Below the pieces are notes generated by a model, which saw only the letters and a list, made by a program, of their open reading frames with translations, was not told where the DNA came from and did no database searches. 64,000 nt of DNA from positions 1-64,000 of the forward strand of contig JYFJ02001946.1 of assembly GCA_000934665.2 (NCBI GenBank). Direction: 5' to 3'. A program made the translations under genes and the position numbers. The stretch comes from Catajapyx aquilonaris (lineage: Eukaryota). Positions 1 to 12,100 of the stretch are shown one piece after another (position 1 is the first letter of the stretch; the number at the start of each line of letters is the position of its first letter).

Positions 1-753
1 GTTCTTGGCAGTCATTACTTGGATTTGACATATTCCATTTTCAAGTACTTCCACAAGTCAGATTTCGGTAGACTTTTTATTTTGTTTAGTGGAGGTATTA
101 AAGTGGTGAAATCCGTTGAGAAACCTTTTGAAAGAATTTTGTTGAACCTGCATAGGATATTTCTGTTTAATGACCGGACTAATTCCCTGTAGAGACAGTG
201 CAGTGCCCCATGGCGACGTTAGAATGTTGGGTGAGTTGCCAAGGCAGCGGTATCGCTGGGGACAACAATGATGGTCTCCCTTGGTTTGTTGACGCTCTGA
301 TGTTTGGAATAATTCCTGTCAGTTGGAATAAGGTCATCGGGCGAGAAGGTCGTGCTTGAGAAGTAGTCCACTACTGAATATTGCGTACAATAGGATTATG
401 ACTGTATGGCGGGCTCTAATCATACATACTGCATACATATATGCAGGGTGAAGGGTGAACTCGCGGACAGTGCGGACTCATGAGGAGGTAATCCAGGTCA
501 CAATAATAATGCCTTGATAATGCTCATGAATGCCATGGAAATGCAGCAGTCATTGTTGACATGGTTACCATATGTTACCAGTTAGTCAGTTACCAATGTA
601 ACATGGTAAACAAGGTCATGTAGACTTGTGGGCGTGGCTTGGCCCCCCCGCCAGCCATTCTCGGCCTTTTCGTGGAACCAAAAAAATATGCATAGCTTGG
701 GTATCAGCAAACGGCAAAATAATTACCTCACGGATACTTTTCTTTATCCAAAG

Positions 754-971
754 GTGTAACCGGCTACGGCTGTATTGAAGCAACAGAGGAGAACTATGAC
801 AAGTACAAGGATTGTGGTGATTTTAAGGGGTCCGACTTGTGCTTGTGCTCAGGGGAATTGTGCAACGCCGGTAACACCCAGAAGACTACCTCACCCTTCA
901 TCGTCGGCCAGTTCCTGGTCCTGTCTGTCTGGATGGCTCTCCGTGGTTTCAACATGTTCCTGAGGAATTAA
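754..971 (+). CDS. Terminal exon of a Ly6/uPAR (quiver/sleepless-like three-finger) GPI-anchor-type protein; upstream exons probably within 190-490 but not resolved
   Basis: Acceptor ttttctttatccaaag|754. Translates (G)VTGYGCIEATEENYDKYKDCGDFKGSDLCLCSGELCNAGNTQKTTSPFIVGQFLVLSVWMALRGFNMFLRN*, with the CxCxxxxCN Ly6 end motif plus a hydrophobic tail. AATAAA at 972. Not in the ORF track. Confidence 0.65.
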
Positions 972-2461
972 AATAAAGCTTTCCAAACTGTTCCTTATTA
1001 TATCCTTGGCTTTTCACTTGATAACCCGACATACATAATTATGGGCATGGCCATGGAGGATGTTGCTAAACCCATCGACTGCCGCAGTGGATGAGGTAAA
1101 CAAATGGTTGTTAAACTCATATGTCAGTCGCTTCCGCAGCGACGGCACGGCAGCGGTTGAACTCATTGTTGTTGATTTATTCAACACGGGTTGCTATAGG
1201 CGAAGCGACTTTCGCGTAGGGCGCCATGTTCGATTTTGCCAAGCGAATGGCGGCCAGTGCCTTGGAATAGCGGAAACGTTGTTAAACTCAGCATCCATTT
1301 AGATTGACCAATCAGCGAGCTCTGCAGTGAGTTTATTAGTCCTCCACGGGGGTGGGGGTTTGACAGGAAGTAATAAACCTTGTAATAAACTGTATAGACC
1401 TGTATGTAGCATCACGATTATCCTTAAATTGCAGATTATCCGTGCATAGCCAAACACAAAAGTTAAAGTCCGCAAGAATGCCAACATGTCTCGCAAACGA
1501 AGAAATGTTGCATATTTTTTCCCCCCCAGAAGACATGAAGTGTACTGGCATCTAAAAAGAGATGTGGGAAGATTCCACTCTTTGCAGCAATCAATTGGGC
1601 CATGTCGCACTTTTTTCAGCGTGCACAGTAATAATAATTGCTGTTACCGACGCTTATATACTTTCAATTTAAAATGGTATGGGTGGTTCAGTAGATTGCA
1701 GCTAAACATAATAATTGTGTGACTCAAACTGTACTTGCATAGGTGTCTTATTGCTTGACACAGCAGTTACGATGCAGAAATGCATTGTAGACAGTACCTA
1801 CTGTTTTAATATAATTACTGCATGACCCTGATAATGTGAAACTGTTGCTGAATAGTGCCATCCTTTGCGCATAAATGCTGGAGATTTGGAAAGCATCATT
1901 TGCAATGGAAGCTACGATTCATAACATCATGTCAATTGCTGCCCTCTAGGGCACAGTGGTCCATGGACAAGTGAGCACCTTTTTGTGGAAGATGCTTTTG
2001 CCTCTGTACAGCACTTTATGTCATCGTAGTTTTATATTATACTAATGGTTTTGACAGACGCTAGTATGAAATGAAGTTCATTCGCCAAAGGAAGTGGGAG
2101 GACAAGGTCAACCTTCCGGAAAGAGACAATGTGTCACTTGTGTCCACAGGTTGCAGTAACAGCTACAAGTCCCTTCTATTTATTTCCTGTTTATTTAGCG
2201 GGGTTAAATGTAGGATAACAAATAAAATACACTTCTTGTGTGAATTAGGGGTCCCAATCACTTCCAGACCACTGTGCCCCGGGCATCAGGGCACTAATTG
2301 ACGTATAGTTATCGAAGTATTAACCCTCGGACGGTGACGTGGGCATTTTTTGTGACCAACGACCCTTTTTTTGATATAACTTGGCAAATTTAGGACATTC
2401 AAGATTCATCTTTGAGAACATTTTCGTTTGACTATTTCTGTGATGAATGACGTTTAGTTTA

Positions 2462-2903
2462 AATTATCACAAAAACTAATTCCCTACGGAAATGTAAAAA
2501 AAAAGTAAGATCCAAGTAACGGATAGAAATTACTGAAACAAGACTGGGCTGCGTAAGATCTTCAACCTTATGGATAAATGTAACCCAGAGATCTTACTTC
2601 CGCATTTTACACAATAATTAGATTTGTATCATGGTGATGATCAAAGCGTCTTTGTCCATCAGCCATTCGAACTACTCAGTAAATCAATGAACAAATTAAT
2701 TAATTCAAGGATTATATTTATCATTTATCCTTATTAAATATATATATTATATATTATTATATTATTATATATATTACATATTATATTGTATTACATATTA
2801 TATTATATATTATTATATGTGAATTATTATAATGTGAAACATTTAACCTTCCAGCCACTTAGCTAATCGATGAACCAATTAATAACATTTTTATTTTTAT
2901 CGC

Positions 2904-2980
<77 letters not shown>

Positions 2981-3217
2981 AGCATTAAATAATCCCAAAT
3001 TGCAACCTATACCTTGATGAACAAAGACGCTTTATCATCACCATGATACAAATCTAATTATTGTGTAAAATACGGAAGTAAGATCTCTGGGTTACATTTA
3101 TCCATAAGGTTGAAGATCTTACGCAGCCCAGTCTTGTTTCAGTCATTTCTATCCGTTACTTGGATCTTACTTTTTTTTTTTTTACATTTCCGTAGGGAAT
3201 TAGTTTTTGTGATAATT
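2462..3217. mobile_element. Foldback/MITE with about 200-bp inverted arms and an AT-rich (ATT)n spacer, nested in the piggyBac element
   Basis: 2462-2661 is the near-perfect reverse complement of 3016-3217. (ATT)n tract at about 2904-2978. Confidence 0.8.
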
Positions 3218-3277
3218 GCAGCTATTTTTTGACAAAGCAACCTGAACATGCAGTTATACTCATAGGATGGTATAGAG

Positions 3278-3588
3278 CAGAGGTTCCCAACCTTTTTGAG
3301 TCGCGGAGCACTTTTCAGCATAGATATTCGTGACGGAGCACTAACGTCATCGACGGCGTAAGCATAAAAAAANGGGGGGAGCGCCAAATTAGTAAATGGG
3401 AAGGCGAGGGACAAAAGGGCGCCGCTGGCGAAAATTTTTTGGGTTCAAGGTCACGGCAGCTACTGAGAGATTTGAATGGGTATACAGCTTATTGAAGAAT
3501 TCCTTTTCTCCCCAACCTCTTCGTGGAGCACTTGGAGAAGCTTCGTGGAGCACCAAGTGCTTCGCAGAGCACATGTTGGGAAACTCTG
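3278..3588. mobile_element. hAT-family MITE
   Basis: Ends cagaggttcccaac / gttgggaaactctg. Exact 8-bp TSD GTATAGAG at 3270-3277 and 3589-3596. Confidence 0.9.
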
Positions 3589-6131
3589 GTATAGAGAGAG
3601 GAGCGGATACTTACATCTTGGGCGGGGAGAAGATTTTCTTGGTCGGTTTTATTAAGGTTCGTACACAGTTGAGAGGAGAGTGGAGATAGAGTTTATGGAG
3701 ATGTTGAGGTAGTGGCAGGCAGGATTGTCAGGAAGTGTTGAGAGTCTCAACGACTTTTGTCATATAAGTTCTGGACCTATAGAAAAGGCATGGTGGGAAT
3801 TGTCATGGTACAGAGAGAGGAGCGGATCCTTACCTCTTGGGCGTCGGAAAGATTTTTTTGGAAGGGGTTAAGGTTCGTACCCAGTTGAGAGGCGAGAGAT
3901 GATTTCTGATTAGTTTTATCTTGTGAAAGATGGCTGCTTATAGTTGGTTGCTTGGTTAATTTCTTTCCGACCAAATTTCATTATCACAAGTCCCTTCTTC
4001 ATGACATCTGTCTAAGTTCTCAAATGTATGTGGTGGTTAGAAGTGATTATTCGCTACCCGGCTGTACCCAGGACCCACCACGTGGAGGTGGTCGCGTTGT
4101 TCGGGTCCTATACCCATGCTCACTCAATCACTTTCCCATGTGGACACAAGTCTCCTCAAAATACTACTCTAGTATTGCAGGGACAAGAAATAAGATCATG
4201 GCCTCTCTCATCATCCTGGTACATGATGGTGAGAGAAAGGGAAGAAAGTCGGTTATTGGGAGTGAGAATAACACTAAAGTCATATTATATCATACAGGCG
4301 TCGCGTCGTATGCCTATGTGGTAAGAGTGGTTGCCGTTCGAATCAGCGGGAGGAGAAAGGGGGCAACACCAAAGTCTTATACTGGTTGGGCTACGTATAC
4401 CAGCAAGGACGAACCGCAGGGGTTTACGAAGCCTGAGTGAATTATAAACGCATTAACTTACCAAAATCAAGATAGTTTCAGTTTAGTTAGTTTAAGTGGT
4501 TGAAGGGTGCAGGAGGACTGATGACACGAAGATCGAATGAAATTCATACGAATATGATAGAGTTATCGTTTCTAATACAAATTCAATAATATTTGATGGT
4601 TAGCAACAACACAGTCATAATCGAGTCACTCAACTGTTGACCTAAGGAGGATACCGTGGAAACTGAATGAAATATAATAACAAGTTGAATGAATGAAATG
4701 TTTATTTAATAATAATGTCATGAAAATAAGGTGAAGCATATATTTATTTAAGCAGTTAGCGTACGTAATTCCGCATAAAGTGTAGAGATGATATTTACAC
4801 AAAATAATATTCTAAATAATGTGTGACTATTGCCACACATGGATTCCAGTTGCACGCATTGCTGCTCATAATGAATTATTCACTTATAATTTTATTTCGT
4901 GGTTCTATTACGTCCTTGGGTTTTTTGTGTAGGGGATCGGGCACTGCAGCACGTCGGGCCGGATACGTGTTCAAAATATGAAGGCTGTACTTGCAACGGT
5001 TTTTGAGATATGCTTGACAGAAAAACTCGTCTGAACAAGAACAAGGAAAATTTTCATTGTTGTTTTTGCACGAGGATCTTACTTATAGGGACTATCGTCC
5101 CTACAATATTTTGAGCAAATAGCACGACCAGGAAAAAATTAATTAGGCGGCAATGCATAGATGGGGCCTAACCAAGATCCGGTCTGGCGGCTCCCGGTGG
5201 CATCCCAGGAGTTGGGCCCGACTGATTTTCTTTCCGATTTTTTTTTCTGATCGCACTATTTTCTCAAAAAATGTAAACTAAACGCTATTTGTCGTAGAAG
5301 GAATCACACTATGATTGTCCCAAAGGTGAAGCCCGAATGTGCTATATTTCGCCAGATATAACAAAAAATATGGCTTGGTCACAAAAAGTGCCCACGTCAC
5401 CGGAGAGCGAACATTTCGCACGTCACCGTCTGAGGGTTAACTTACCTGGTAACAAGTCGCAATATCCTTCAATCAGAGAAAACAATAGGCCTACTATACC
5501 AACAAATCCAGATCTCGACAAAAACAGTCCGATTTGGCCTGTAGCATCAATGTGGGAGACTCGCAGCAAATAATAAAAATATGTTGCTCAATGTTACCTG
5601 TTGCGTGAATCACAATTCGTGTTGAATGCAATACACAGAACATGTTTGTTTTTTTTATTTGCAGGTACAACACTTAAAAAAAAGTTTTACAAAAAAAAGA
5701 AAGAAAAAAAACAAATTCCATGTTTTTCATTTATATAAACCACGTTTAAACGACGCCTGGCATTATTAAGACAACCAGTCTTCAAATGACTATTTATCGA
5801 TTTGACGGAATTGGAAAAAGAAAACTATGCCCGCAAGCCGAATCAAACAGCAGATTTGCAGCTGACACTACCCGCCCACACTCACATCTTTTTTACATCT
5901 AATATTTTTTTAGGACTTTTGGCATTTGAAATTAAATTGTAAAAAAAAATGGTGGAACACATGTGGAGACTCACCTAGCTTTTTTTGTCATGTTCTAAAA
6001 ATCTTTTTTTTTCAATATTTAAAAAAACCCTTTTTTTTTCGTCCTTTTTTCTTTCAAAAACCCATTGTTATGGTTCCTTTGTACTGACATGCCACCTGTT
6101 TTTTGTTCTCTCAAATCTCATCGTCAGGCTA

Positions 6132-9100
6132 TCAGTTGCTACTATCCGACTGATTTACTGTGAGCTTATACCTTTCATCACTTGCGATGAGCACCTGCTT
6201 CCCTTGAACTAGAGATTGTATCACCCAAAGAGATGTAACCACCGGTAGATTTTTCAGCTTCGCTTCGCCGACCAAGTGGTGCGGATGGGACTCGTCTGTC
6301 AAGACCATATCCACGTTGTCCAGGTGGGCTGGAGAAACATGAAAAAGAACCGCCTTAGAGTTGCAAACACTGGATTGTCCACCGAATGCATTATGAAGCT
6401 CGGAATAACACAAACCTTTCTTAAAGGTGTGATTTTCCTGTATGTCGACCCTCCTGGCATTTGCGGCAAGTAGCACCTGCTTCCAAACCTGGCAGAATCC
6501 GTCTCGGTTCTCGCTAACCGCAAGAAACCTCAACCCTTCCATAACGCCCTTGGAGTTGGACCGCCACTCGACCAGGTCTTTCGTGTCCAGGCTGTATCCG
6601 GAAGGAAGCAGATTCCGCTTGTACGGCAGCAGCCGGTTCTGTACGAACGAAAAAGAGAAAATGCGATTAAATTGAACAAGGTCAACACCCGACTTACAAC
6701 CTCAAACTCATCAACAGATGTGGGACCCACAGATTTGTCATGACCTCACAATTTCTGGCCACATCTATGGTCCAGACGACCCAACACTTTTAAGCACGGA
6801 ATGGATCTCTTGATGGGGTAACATTATTGGACGCAAAAGACATGTGGTGTGGCTAGAAACAATGACGTCACTCTCATCTCGGGAAAGCCAGCACCTGCGA
6901 TGAAAGAGTCGACGTTAATTAATTTCGTGCAATATCACTTTGAACTCCAAGCATTGCTGCGTTTACGTGAGCGATTCGCTGAGCCTCGATGGAACCAATT
7001 GGTTGGGGATGAAAGTAACAATTGTTTTTCACTTTCAAACAATTGATTTCATCGCTCAGCTATGTCTGTCGCTGCACACTATAGATCAAATTGCTCTCAT
7101 GTAAACGCGACCTGAAAAGTATCATAGGCAATCACCAAAGTTGAAACTTTGGTACATCTTACCTTTCATCGGAGATGATTGCATAGGGTTAAAGCGTCAT
7201 GTACGCAGCAATTGACTGAACGCATACAGACACTTTATATAAACAAAGTAGCAGAAAACAATCATGTTCAAGGATGGAACAGGTCGTACATTGTGAGAAT
7301 GAGCCTGAACATTACAAATGCTCGCTCGTTACATAAAGTCTGCCATTATCAAATGAAAGTCCCAGTACATTTCTTGTGAATAGCCAACTGCGTTCGATGC
7401 CCACCAAAAAATTTGTGCTCGACTCACATTACAGCAGCAATCGATGACCCACTTGTAGCTGACAGGCGCGAATCCTGCTGCCAGGCACAACAGATAGTTG
7501 ACGGAGGTGGAGTGGGTGTTGGAGATGAGGATCCTCTCGCCCTTGGTCCACGCCTGCAACTCGTCAAACGTGTCCAGCACAGTCCCACCACCTGACACCA
7601 GCTGGCGACAAACGTACGACTTCACAAAAGGTAAGTCCTGTGCAGCAATTCCAGGGCTGCTGAGAGCACTTCCAGTGCTGCTGAGATAGTCCGAGTAGTC
7701 GGAGGAACATTGGCTACTTTTGTCCCACTCGTGCTGCACCACTTCCGGCTTGGACAGGAGGAAGGCCTTCCCGGAGAAGATCTTGCTCTTGGGGAGCGGA
7801 CCCATCTTCTGCTCATCCACGACGATCTCTTGCAAAGTTACTTTCGGAGTCGAGCTGGCCTCATCTGCCACTACAAAGTACAATGCTTGATTTAAATGCC
7901 GACTGTTCGCAACATGTAACGTACCTTTCTTCTTCTTGAGTCCCGGCCCGCTTCCGGAGTCGTCCTCGGACATGTCTAGCCTTTTCCTCTTTCCCCGTCC
8001 TCTGGGTGCTGGGCTGGACTTGCTTGGCGTTCCTCTTCCGCCCAAGCTGGACTTCCCTTTCCCCCTGCCTTTCCCTCTGGAGGTGGTCACTTCAGAGTCA
8101 CTCTGCTCGCTTGGGTCAAGGTTTGGGTCCAGTTGCTGCTGCCTCACTGGCGTCTGGGGCTTCTTGGGCGCAATCCTCTTCCTCTTCCCTTGAACTATGT
8201 TCTCTGTTTACAGGAAAAGACATGTTACGTACACCCTGATTTTATGTCACTCCAGCAATAAACAACGTACCCAAACTGACATCCACAATCCTGCTAGAAA
8301 TGGACGGGGAAGCTGGAAATGCAGAGTCCCTCACATACTGCGCCTGATCCTTGTGAAGCGCCAACTTTTGCCGGGGAAGCAGACGCTTCGACTTGTCCTC
8401 TAAAGACACCTCGTACAGAAGATCATTTCCTCTCCTGAAAATAGAACAACGCAAAATGCAGAATTTTACATCGTCGTCATACAGCATTTTCCCAAATATT
8501 TGGTTTGTAAATATTTGGGTGGAAATTTTGCTATTTCCACCCGAATATTTACAATACGTCGGATTATGTCCGTAATGATTACCTTTGGTGCGAGACTATG
8601 TATCCTGGCAGGTACTCATCCTCTTGTAGCAGTGCGTAGATGGCTTGTCCTCTCTTGAGCACCTCCACAGGCACAATGTTGCTGTCACGTACAGGACCGT
8701 ACTTGCCGTCAGAGAAGCTCACGTTCCAAGTGTCCTGCTTGCCTTGCTCGCATATCTTTCCTGGATAGAAGTAATGGTCCTGCCACTTTGCAAATACCTG
8801 TATGCCTGGGGGGAAAAGGGAGGAAGATGAACTTCGACTCCTAACTACAGTCGTAACGCCGTAAATTCCGATCTGTACGCACCTGGGGCTAAAGGTCTCC
8901 ATTGCGTCTCAAGCTCCACCTGCTCCACCTCCTCAGTCTTTTCTTCCGGCTTCTCTTCCTTTACCTTTTCCACTTTGCTACTTGCGGCAGGAACCGGAGT
9001 CTCTTGCTTCTCCTCCACGTTGGAAAGCCTCTTTGCGTCCCCCACCTTTTTAGCAACCCCAACTTTCTTCCCTTCCCCGACCCTCTTCGCTTCTACCAAC

Positions 9101-12100
9101 TTCTTCGGAGGAGACCTTGGAGGGGAGGACGAGGTGTCCGTGCTTGTGCTGACTGCCAAGTTCAACCGAGGCGCCTTCTGGGCAAATGTCACCGGACGCC
9201 GCATATGATGGCGCCCAACTAGATCGACGGAAAGTCAAATTAGCGGTTGCAGAGTGAACGTTTTTGGTGTGAGCTTACTTGGCGACTGTGTCTTGGCAAG
9301 TACGGAAGATGGCCGATGCCTAGCTCTGGGTAGCTCGAACAGGTCATCGATGTTTCCACTCAACGTCTGCGAGAGACGACCTTTTGAAGATGATGAGGTT
9401 GACTTGCTGGCACTGGACACATCTGCGGAATAACCTCCAGGGCTGACAGTCTCCACCCGTCGCTCAAACTCCTGGGCAGCCGATTCTGCCACATCTTTCC
9501 GCACGAGCCGGCGGACATTCTACCAAAAGAGGAAACATTTTAGAGCTTAGGCTGTAATAGAAGTTCAAGTAGCATATTTGACGGCAGATCATACTCAAGA
9601 AAAAGAAGTTTTATTGTATTTTTGCATATACGATGCAGAGCAATTTTTTGATGAAAAAAGTGCGTCAGATGCAGTGCTTTCCACAAACAAAGTATGAGAA
9701 AAATACCTCGTGTGAAAGCAGCACAGCGCCATCTTCCTCCTTAATCTTGATGGTAAACTCAATGACGACAATCCTTTTCCCAGAAACATTCCCACTGCCA
9801 CTTTCGGAGAGTACTTCAGTGTCGGTTTTGCTGACGTTGCACTCTTCCTTTGTCTTCTCCTTGGTCAAGTCCGATGAAGTGTCCGACTCTACGTTCGGGG
9901 TTGAATGCCCCACGGCCTCTATTGGGGAGAAGTGGTGGGCCACGTCCGGCTTGGGATTGCATCCTATCGATGGATTTGATTTCTTCGGTTCAGAAGAAGC
10001 AGGTTCTAAGGTCGGAGGTGGGTTTGGGGTGGAGTTACGGATGAACAGACCTCCAGAATTACTGTGTTGGAGATCACCCGTGTCCTCCAACACTAACGAT
10101 GGGGGGAAAACCACTGTCTTAACTACCTACTTGTTTCTCTTGATAATACTAGGTCACACATCTCTACTAAACACATTCAACATTGAAAATACAGGTGTCT
10201 AAGGGTTGCTACGCCCGTATTCATAATGAAATTCCCAACACAGGCTTCAGGTGGAGTTAACCCTGCGTCCGTATGCATAATTGCTATGTAACCTTGTGAT
10301 TCGGATAGAGTTGGGCTTGGAGTCGATTGCAAATGCCAGACGCAGTCAAATCAGATGTTCCGCAGCAGATGGAGGAGGTCGAGGCTTGTGAACCATTTCC
10401 AAAAAAAAAAAAAAAAAAAACTGGCTGTGTATGGTTTCGGGAAAACTATGGAGGGAATTTGTGTTGCGGCTCGTAAAGGAATACTTTTCATGACGAAGAC
10501 ATGAGCCATGATTTAATTAAGTTCATAACCCAACAATGAGACGTCCGGTGAAACCTGTCATATCCTTTCCCCTTTCTGTTGTTGAAACCATTCCCGCACC
10601 AAAGCCTTCCTTTCTTCCAGCCACTCTTGCTCCAGCTCCTTCCTCTTTTCAAGCCACTCTCGTTCCAGATCCATCCGCTGGTGATGCCACTCCTCAGCCT
10701 GTCTCCTCCTGTCCCTGATTTCATCCAGCATCTCCCTCAGGAGCAAGTCTTCATTCTCTAATATTTTTTTTTGCACAGGAGTCATTGCAGCCCCTCTCAA
10801 AAACGGTCCTGAACCTGTTCAAGTGTAATGTACACATGAGTGAATGTGTACAGTAGCCATACGAAGGTGCCATACAAAGGGGTGACCTTGGTCCAAAAAA
10901 TAACTTTCACGAATGAATGATTGACAATATGCCAAATGCTGCCATAATGATTGTCATCTATAATATTAAAATCGTAAAAGTGTATCCAGCAGCCTTTGTT
11001 CATACAATAATTGGGGCTTTTTAAAAGTCAAAAAGGTATTGGTATGTTGAGATGGGCAAAATGCATATTTCCCAGCCAATACAATAAAGGTGGGATTGCA
11101 GATGGCTCGCAGGGTACAGAATCACGGATACGTGAAGGCAAGGAGGAACGGCTGGGGGGTATGCATATGATTGGGGGGTGGGCATCATCATTGGGTATAA
11201 GTCCGAAGCGATTAAAAATATAGTAGCCACTGCAAGCCGCAGGACTAGAAAAAAGCGAGCGAAACGAGTGGTTTTCTATGCCTGCATCATAGAAAAAAGC
11301 GAGCATAGCAAGTGTTTCTCTAGTTGACTAATAAAATGGAAGTGACAAATTGCACCCACAAAGAAAACCATTGCATTACTTCAATGCGATCAAAATATTT
11401 ATAGAGCGCCATATAGTGGGACTGTGATGTATGAGGACTATTTTCTCAACCTATTATTAACTCTCCTTATTAACTCCAGGTGGCAACAATGTTTCAGTTG
11501 CAAACTCTGTTGCCGCAGCATCGGAATGAGGGACAACAATGCCCCCCTGGTTTGTTGATTCCAGAATATGGTAAATTAGTTATACAGTATTCAGGGTTGG
11601 AGGGGGGGGGGGAGGGGGGCAGAGCGGTTTGCAAGGACCCCCGGGCTCGGATATATTCCTGATTTTGTTGCACCAGAGCAACCTCCGTGGCCACGGGATG
11701 GTCTGCCAGGCTGGAGCTGGAGCTGGAGCCCAGCATGGAGTCCTCATCCTAGTCCTCCTTGCTGTTGTGGTCTTCCCAGGTGAGCCATATACATGCACAG
11801 GGTACAGGTTACGTGCTTTTATTACCCTTAGGGGCTTGACTGCACTTTAGCCCCCCCAAAATATTGCAGGTTTCTATACATTTCCTGAAGCTCCTCCATG
11901 GGCTGAGTCGAATGACACTATTCCTTGGGTGGAGAAACGTTTCGTTAAAAAGTAATCGAATTATGAAGTTGCAAGTAATTAACAATGAATAAATTAAAAT
12001 AAGCAAGTGTTCCATTGTTGCAACTGTGTACTCCTTTTGCAGGATTTGGGTATTCCCCATGGTAACGTGAGGGTTGCCACGGAAATGTGTTGGGAGGTCA

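Larger units (their letters stand above)
2324..5436. mobile_element. Non-autonomous piggyBac-type element (about 3.1 kb)
   Basis: TTAA on both sides (2320-2323, 5437-5440). Terminal inverted repeats ccctcggacggtgacgtg / cacgtcaccgtctgaggg. No transposase ORF seen. Confidence 0.85.

Noticed and set aside
3952..4440. 162-aa plus-strand ORF as a piggyBac transposase or viral gene
   Set aside because: No DDD transposase or viral motif recognised.
11832..11840. In-frame TGA in the reconstructed Ly6 exon as a possible selenocysteine codon
   Set aside because: No SECIS element could be identified and the exon is already disrupted by an insertion, so decay is the simpler explanation.
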